From the NCBI GenBank assembly GCA_013115125.1, contig JABANN010000248.1:1-47505 (forward strand): a DNA stretch of 47,505 bases. The letters run 5' to 3'. Made by a program: the position numbers and the translations under genes. The notes below the pieces were generated by a model that saw only the letters and a list, made by a program, of their open reading frames with translations, made no database searches and was not told the DNA's origin. This document shows, piece after piece, positions 39,424-47,505 of the stretch (positions are counted from its first letter, which is position 1; each line of letters begins with the position of its first letter). This DNA is from Perkinsus olseni. Lineage: Eukaryota.

Positions 39424-40188
39424 GATGATGAAGGGGAAAATCTGCTTCGCTCCGCTAAGAGGTCCTTCGAAGCACCAATTGTAAACCTTTGAATCGATCA
39501 TTGAATTGAGGAGAATTTCACATCAGTAAAGATAAACTAGAGAATCGATACTGAGTTTCAGAATGGCATGGGGGGAGGGCAAGAATCATTACCGAGAGCA
39601 ATGATGGGGACTAAAGTACCCGGCAGACGGAGGCGTATCTTAGGTTGACCCGTGCATAAGACGAAGAAGAGGTGGAATCTTATAATCGATACACTAGCGC
39701 GTTAACTCACAACAGCTTTTTGATGATTATGTCGAGATGATATATAAAATCTCGCCACGTTTCCAAGGTTGACTATGGTTGGATACAGAATAACTCGCAG
39801 TGCGTGGGTTGAGAGAAAATGATATTCATACTGACACTCGGTGCATCCTACTCAGGATCAACTTGCCCGATCAAAGTCACCGGAGCGACCGCATCCTCAG
39901 AGTATTGATAACATCATCACACAACAGTGAGGGTCCGAAACTGATGTATGTTGATGGGGCTTTAATTAGGTTACATTCCACCGGCCGTGACAGCGTCGGG
40001 AGGAGGAGGGGCCATGCGGGTATCGATTGCTGATGTGGCATTCTGAACAACAACGACAACAGCGGTAGTATCCAAGGTTGAAGCGTGCAGGATACACAAT
40101 ATCTCTGCGTGATGGGATATTTCGCACTACCCCAGACCTGTGCGAGGGTCAACAAGCCAGTTAGAGCTAGCGAGTCGAAGCTACTCAT

Positions 40189-43100
40189 TCACACGCCGTT
40201 TTCAACGGCGACGGTAATCAACGGCAGTGGAATCGTCCCTACCTCCGCCGAGGGTTGTTGGTTCATGAAACCACCGGTAATGTAGTCATCCTTCTCCGCC
40301 GCTCGGTATCTGAATACAACAACAGCACTAATTTCGTGGCGCGTGACGCTGGCTTCTATGTGTACTCGGCCGAAAGCTGAGCCACAGTCTCTCGGGCATG
40401 GTCGAACTCCTCCAAGTCATCAGCGAATATCGGTTCCTACAGAGGGAGCAGATCTTTCAATCGAACGACCCCGGGTCGATCCCCGCACCTGACGATATTG
40501 TTCAAGGAAAGCTCCACGACTCCTTAATTTGTCGTACTGCTTCAGGCACCTGATGATAAGAGTAATACCAGAAATTCCGGAACTCATCAAAGCCGGATAA
40601 AGATACGTCGATGGTATCTTCGATACGTGTGAGTAGCTCAATAATCTCAGGCAAGATCAAGAATAAGATTAGGCGGCGTATCTTAGGTCGATTATGGCCA
40701 AACAAAGAATATCTTTGGCTACGAGGCGCACACTGGAAGAGGTGATGAATGCCCGAGGCGAAGCAGCCTAGCTCTGACGTGTGGTTCCTTGAGAGGTCCC
40801 CGGTTCGATTCCCAGTGACGACACCTATCGAATAATGTATTAATGGAGGTATGGTTGGCCAGCATCAGTCCAGAGACTTTATGAGCATGTTGAACATAAG
40901 GGGACTGCCTCGCCAACGCCACTTGTATGCTTGCCGGACCCCATCTGATAAATAAAAATACCGCTACCGGGGATGGAACCTGCGACCTATCTACTGTATG
41001 AATCTTGCCAGTCTCCTTTCTCTAATACGCTGCAAGCTCTTATGAACCGACGCCGGGTCAACTTCACCCTAGAGAAACCAGAATCGATCACGTGATCGAT
41101 TATATCGATCAGCTAACCTGTATAATATTCAGAACAGATATATAGGCCCCCCTTCTTGTCGACGCGCTGACCATAAGATTCTTCTGCTGCAACAATCTGA
41201 AAAATGCATCAAAAATAAGCGGAGCGAAGCAGATGAGATGCCCCCTCCTCCCACCGTCTCATGACGTCCATGACTGTAGTCTTGCGGACTGTCGAGTGTG
41301 CTTGATGGACGATCGAGGTATTAGCGGTTAAAGGGGTGTAACTAAATGTGTAAAAATACCCCGACTAGGGATCGAACCTGCGCCTGTCGATAGGGAGCAT
41401 ACAATGCATACTGAGTGATGGGAGAGTAATTCCTCCTTATCACTCACAGGACTATATACTGGACCGAAGGAGGGGCGGAAAATGCGGAGATGCCACCGCT
41501 GGGGATCGAACCAGGGACCTCCGGATGCTTACCCTGTCATTAAAAAGTGGCATCTTGGCGTAGGAATCAGACTGGCCACGATTGACACCATATCGTTGTT
41601 CATATAGCCAGGGTATCTGAAGTTCAAGCTTGCAAGATACAAAGAAGGTCAAGGCTGTGCCTTAGTGTGGTAGTGCTCGCTGACATCACGGTTGATACCA
41701 GTTGGTTCGTCTGCGCGAAACTCGGGGTGGCTGAAAGAAAGATTCGCCATAATCCCCAGGACAAAAACCTACGGAGAATCTCGAAATTTATTTCATGCAT
41801 GGATCGACCTAAGATACGGTTCATCAGCCATAATGAAGAGTGGGTAGGAGGGGCAGTATGCAGGGACACTAACGATATCGGGATTTTCCCCAGCAACTCC
41901 CTAGGAGCAATACTGAGCTACTTCCCTGGTGAGAAAGCTGCCAGTGAAGACAACGACTCCTGGCGACTTCCTAGAGTGGGTACAGCAGAACTGTGGCGCT
42001 GATCGACTTAAAATTATAATCACCCAAAAATGAGTGCCCGCTTAGTTACTCAATTTCAGCCGATCAGCGGCGATACGATTGAGGGCTGTGTTATCCAGCA
42101 CCACCACTGCATCAGCATTCAATGCCAACCTGACCAGGACTAAATCTGAGCATACCGCTCCTTTCGTAACTCCCAACCTCTTCAGCGTCAACACTGAGTT
42201 GTAAGGCTGCACGACTACATCCGAAGTCTCGGTGAGCATCGGGAAGACGCTGTAAGTTTGCAGCAGCTTCTTCGGGTATCGATCGGAGAGGGTCTCTAAC
42301 AGGTAGCTCCCCATGCCCGATCCAGTACCTAAAAGATACCATCATCCAAAATCTTCGCGCTGCGGAAAATGATTCTCCGTCCCTAACGCTCATACTTCCA
42401 CTTTCATACTGGATAGCGGATGACCAACCGACCAAACAACTTCCCAGCGTTGAGGAAATGCAAGATTGCAAGATTTTCCCCCACACCTACCCCCTGCAAT
42501 GGAATGCAGCAGCATGAAGCCTTCAAGCGAGTCGCTGCCGTCCGCCTCGCGATCGATCATCTCACAGATCTCCTCCTGGACGGCCTCCGCCTGGGAATAC
42601 CCCTTCGCCCAATTGTTACCTCAACAACACTAATACACCGCCTCAAACCAACAAATCGATCATCCGGGCGCGCGCTACCTGCTCCACCGCCTTCCTTGGA
42701 CATGTAGATATTTTCTGGGTTATAAAGGTTCTTAAATTCGGAGGTTTGTATTTGATTTATCACCCTCGGCTCCAAATCGATCAGCAAGGCTCTAAGCAAG
42801 AGAACGTAGCCACCGACCCTCCCCACAGACCGGCGGCGAGAAGGGAAGAGATCGCACTACTGATGGCAGAATGACTAGGCCCAATTCCACGTCACCGAAA
42901 GAAATATCGCTTAAGTTAGTATTACTGAGTGTGGAAGAATCTTTTTTTGATACTGGCAGTATGTATGTTACTAACATAGTATCATAAAGATCATAACTAG
43001 TGTATGCCAATGATGTGCTAAGATATTATCGCTCACATGTTGAACAAAATTCGTAAAAAACGATGAAAAGCGGTGAAATTTTTCCCTGTTTCCTGGCGAA

Positions 43101-43701
43101 GATTCCTGGCCTGGTCCGGTCCGGAGCTGATACTAACAACGACCTCATGGTGGGAGGGGCAAGCAACAAGAGTGGTTTTAACATACGGCAGTTACCACCA
43201 CGGGACGAAACAAATTGCGTAAGTTTTGGTACGCACTTTTGGACCAGAGGAGATGAGCACGGCAGAGTAAACAGAGAAGAGGGATACAACATGCTTAGGA
43301 GTGACAGAGTCCTTCACTCTAATGACAGCGAAAATATTACTGCCTACACAGTCTGAACAGTGAACCGTGTAATAATACCGGTCCCAGGATTCGAACCGGG
43401 GACCTCCTTACCTGGGTATGTAATGCTCGTCATCGGCTTGGTAGAAGAATACATCTTTACGGTCCTCGGCTGGGGGCTGATTGGGAGGAGGCGGTCTCAG
43501 AATACCATCGGGGTCGATACCTGGTGAATGTATCTTAGGTCGACCCGTGAAAGATACGAAATAGGTCTCTTCCGAGCAGTCTCAACATCTTGAATACGAT
43601 ACACATCCCCTACCGTGTTCAGCACACAACTGCTGCCAAAATTCGCTGCCGACTTGATTGCCGCATTGTCCAACTTGAAGAGTGACAATCTCACGAGGCA
43701 T
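40189..43701 (-). CDS. TUBG1: Gamma-tubulin, highly intron-rich
   Basis: [98 protein letters not shown] and [11 protein letters not shown]. The exact 3' end is uncertain. Confidence 0.95.
43530..43557 (+). repeat. Representative copy of the dispersed 28-bp GTATCTT-N14-AAGATAC element
   Basis: GTATCTTAGGTCGACCCGTGAAAGATAC. Other 28-nt copies start at 2058, 2215, 24842, 36906, 38925, 39759, 40068, 41613, 43698 and 43883. Confidence 0.85.
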
Positions 43702-43947
43702 CTTCAAGTTGAGCTGGCAAGATACAAAAAAGGTTATCTCATGGCCCATCGTAACAACTCAAGATCGGTCATCAATTCCCGGGTAGTAATACGTAAAAAT
43801 GGTGCAACAGGGAGAATCCCCCGAGTTTGAAAACAATGTGACGTAAAACGTCCGGCTAATCTCAGCCTTCAACCCTCCCAAAGATACCAAGCTTGGACCA
43901 TGCAAGATACGAAATAGGTTAACTCTCGCTACTTCCAGTGAGAATGA

Positions 43948-45600
43948 TCAATCATCCGGGAATGTTGGCTCGATCTCGCTGTCATCCTCACTGTCCTCGT
44001 AGCTCTCATCAGTCGGAGTGTTCACCCTCCGACGTTTGCTCAGTCTTGGAGACACCCTCCGTTCGACCACCCCCTCCCCCTCCCCCTCCTCTTCTTTCAT
44101 CTCATCGTCATCATCATCATCAGCCTCCTCGGAATGCATCGAGGGAGTGGCCGCCTGCGTCGGGTCATCTGCTGCCGCCTGGCTCGATTGGCTGCCGTGT
44201 TTCGGTGGCAGTATGTCCGTTTGGAGCCTGGCCGCGTAGGTTGTGCAGTACGATACCTACAAAAGAGAAACGATACAGTACGACGAGATCGAACCCACAA
44301 CCACAGGCATGGAAACCGAGAGGCCCACCACTACACCATTCGATCCGATACTCACCATATCTCTATCCGAAATCGACTTCGGCTCACATGGTACCAACAT
44401 GAGCCGATCCAGCGCCACCGGCGGAGACTCTCCCCAGGCCAGCCTCCTGAACCTCCTCCCCACGCGCCTGCGCCGAAAATGATCCATTTCTCATAGTTGT
44501 ATTATTACTCTCTTGCAACTGGCCTGGTGTCACCACCCATCACCACTCGTGGTTGTTGCTGTTGAAGTCGTTCGGGTTCCTTCACCACATGATTCTCACC
44601 TGCATGGCCGTCCTCCAATCGTCACCTCCCCTTCCCTACTACCTCCCAATCCGATACTACGCCCCTTGGCCTGGATGGTAGCGGGGCTGCTAACCACGTT
44701 GACCGGATGCTGTTGGGATTGGGTGTTGAGCAATCCACTCTTGAAGGCAGCTCGCTTGGTCATTATCGCCCTCACCACCACCGCCATGGGCAAGTTGAGC
44801 CGCGTAGCGAGGGTGATGATATCCCTTTCGGGAGGCATCCCGTCTGAAGGCCATCATCCACTACGGTCCTTTCGGCGTACCCCTACCATGCAAGTGCTTC
44901 ACAACGTAACCGTTCAGAGCGCTCTCTGCTTCTGGCAGCAGACCGCAGGACAGGGCCGATAGTGGCGTGTCGAACAAAGCAGACCGCCCAAACAGCTGCT
45001 GCTGCTGCTGTTGGCTGGGAGGGTAGGGTGGGGGTTGAACAGGCATGGACGGCGTGAGAAGCCCCACTCCTGACGATGATAGTGGCCAGCCACCGCCAGC
45101 AGCCCCTTCCCAGTATTACCAATTTGCTGAGGCGTTCTCACAAGAGGGGGAGGGGGAGGAGGAGGTTGAGGTGGTTCGGAGACCACATGATTCATCACGG
45201 GCCCCGGTGGCTTCAGCGGTTGTGATTCTCTCACGTCACCACTCTGCTGCTGTTGTTGTCCCATCGACAGGAGATGCCCCACAACAGCGTCAGTGGTGAG
45301 ACCAGTTGCCTTGCTCAGTACCGAACAGTCCTGATAAACCACTTTGAAACACCATTCGGAACCCCTCCTCCCAACCTGCTCCGTCGGGACCGGACAATCC
45401 TTGTGAAATTGTAACCATTTGCTAAGCACGAGGTTGGCGTGAGCGGAAATCGCCTGAAAGCTGTAGTGAGTTCAAAGGCTGGCAGGCTGCTGCTACTACT
45501 ACCGGCAGGCCAGTAGGAGTCCCCGGGCTCCGGTCCCTGGGCACAGATGACATCATAAAAATGATACACCACCAAAAATAATACGCAAGAGTGTGACACG
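43948..45600 (-). CDS. Hypothetical multi-exon protein with Q/P-rich segments and an acidic C-terminus
   Basis: Minus-strand ORF blocks (LSKWLQFHKDCPVP, PERDIITLATRLNLP, DHFRRRRVGRRFRR, EEADDDDDDEMKEEEG) with GT/AG borders. Confidence 0.5.
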
Positions 45601-47505
45601 CGAAGTCAAACGATTACGTGCTGAGTGAAAAAGTCACATCGGAAGATATTACGCACAATCAGCGCAGGACGTTTATGAGCTACTTTCATCATTCACTATG
45701 CCAGTCGGGTCTCCTTCCCTAGACCATCCCTTGCTAGGGGGTCGGTACGGTAAACGATGGATACCTACTTATGGCGAGAACCAACCCAACGAGGTCGGGG
45801 TTATCATATCCGTTTTACCGCGATTTCAGAAGGGAGCTGACGAATGGGGGCACGAGGCCCATCACTCTCTCGGCGTGTAAGCTGGCAAGAGGACACGACG
45901 CCTGCTTCCCGTACAGTTGAAAACCAGAATCGATTACAAAGTTGGGATTCGTACGTAAACTCCGGGCCGAGAGCCCTTTTCTGAGTTTCGGAATTGATTC
46001 ATTCAGACATCTCTGTCCGACTCTCACCCGTGGTTCAAGAAACAAGAACCACACACTGTGCGTTGAGCTACGAATATTCATCTTCCTTGTTTCGCAAAGG
46101 TCCCCACTCTACGATGATTTTCGTTCCACGCTCAGGCCAACCGAGCTCGTCTCCACTGGTCACGACCGTAGCGGAGCTTTTTGGCCGAAAGACTCCAGAG
46201 GTTCAACCAATGATTCAGCAGAATACGCTACGAAGATAGATACCAGAGACTGGATGAAAAGCACAAGTGAAGCGCCTGCGGCCCTCGGCTACAGACAGGA
46301 TTGTCGATTGCATTTCCTACAGGCAGTCCACCTGTCAACAACCTAGGAGCCACCACCAATCGCGAGCCGCGGTTCGGAGACCTCAACCCTGTGTTTGAGC
46401 AAGATTGTCGAGTACCTCCCCTTGGCACGTAAGGTCTATTACTAGGACGGGATCTAATAGCTTGGGTTTGATCTGAAGAAGTCCTAGTTGATGCAGAACC
46501 ATCGGCAATAATGTTACATAGTGTCCCGGGCTCACAATGAACGTCATTCACCCATCGACGATTTTTCCGGAAGATAAGCTCCCCAGAAATCAGTGCTGTG
46601 CATTCTCTGGGCGGATTTGGGTTGGTTCGAATTATATTAGCGATGGATAAGAGGCAAGACTCATCTGCCCCTGAGCTTGATCATCTCTTTCCGTGCAAGT
46701 TGAATCGTTACTGTCAAATTTGGTGGCAACGCTCGAGAACTTCGATGGAAGATGGCGGGCCGAAAATACTTTCTCCGTTTTGCAGGTATCGCACAGAAAC
46801 AGGAGCAACTGTCGATAAGGCTGGTGCGTGCTGGAACCGTGAGCATACCGATCGATTGGCCGCCGACGGACGGGGAGCGAAGGCGTGCCGCCGCCAAGTC
46901 TTTACGGATAGCTCAAAACGAGCCGTTGTCAGACGTGTGAATGCCTCCATGCTGAATAAGCATTGGTAAGGAGTATGTGATGTTCATCGCGTCTTATGTT
47001 GGAGTTAAAGATTTTAATTGACACTCTCACTCAGTGTTGGCATAAAGGTCGTGCTATTTTTCTTTCCGCAAATTTCCGGAAGGAAATTTGCAAGAAAAAT
47101 AGAATGTGGAAAAATAGGGAAAAATAGCGCGTTTTCCGGCCTTTTCTTTCCGCCGCAATTCACCACTGTTTATTTGAACGACGAAATTTTCGGCTGCTAC
47201 GCAGAATACACGTTAAAACTGTGGTCACCCTTCGCCTCTTGGATGCCGTGTCACGTGCACGCATGCGGAAGTGCGATTCATACAAAGTGTGTCAAGTGTG
47301 AGTCACACTGATCAGACGTCACACTGTGTGACGCCTGATCATACTCCTTATCAAATCTTCTCCTAAGATTCTCCTTTGTCTTAACTACAACGATACTCTT
47401 ATCAGCGGCATACTAGTAAGTTTCCAATTTTCCGGCACCTGGTACCTTACAGCGGTTCGATCATCTGTAGCCACTTATTGACTCTATCTCTTTTCCCTAC
47501 TGATG

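Noticed and set aside
41470-41560. Complete tRNA gene
   Set aside because: Only the T-arm and a 3' acceptor-like strand are present; the upstream sequence is TUBG exon.
45700-46970. ORFs of 60-134 aa on both strands
   Set aside because: No recognisable domain or consistent exon chain, so the strand could not be decided.

Overview
Gene-dense eukaryotic genomic DNA with many short GT-AG introns. It is most likely from a Perkinsus-like alveolate, an inference from the intron architecture and the alveolate-type 'GGKDWR' GAPDH loop. Genes recognised by manual exon stitching are PSMA3, GSK3, an ankyrin protein, a sarcosine/pipecolate-oxidase-like flavoprotein, RABL2, an ERdj3-like DnaJ with an extra N-terminal domain, a JmjC protein, a secreted Cys/Trp-repeat protein, an Argonaute with a degenerate catalytic tetrad, GAPDH, CEP104, DNAAF5 and gamma-tubulin, plus several hypothetical genes. 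A 250-bp Tc1/mariner-type MITE and a duplicated DNAAF5 exon are also present. The most striking unexplained signal is a small set of dispersed, fixed-geometry motifs lying mainly in introns and gene flanks. These are a 28-bp palindrome-ended element (GTATCTT-N14-AAGATAC) that sometimes supplies splice sites, isolated tRNA T-arm/B-box fragments, ATCGAT-N6-GGCGCGCGCT, GCTTCGCTCCGCT and CGTTGAGGAAATGCAAGAT. Exon boundaries were read by eye, and gene spans include introns.
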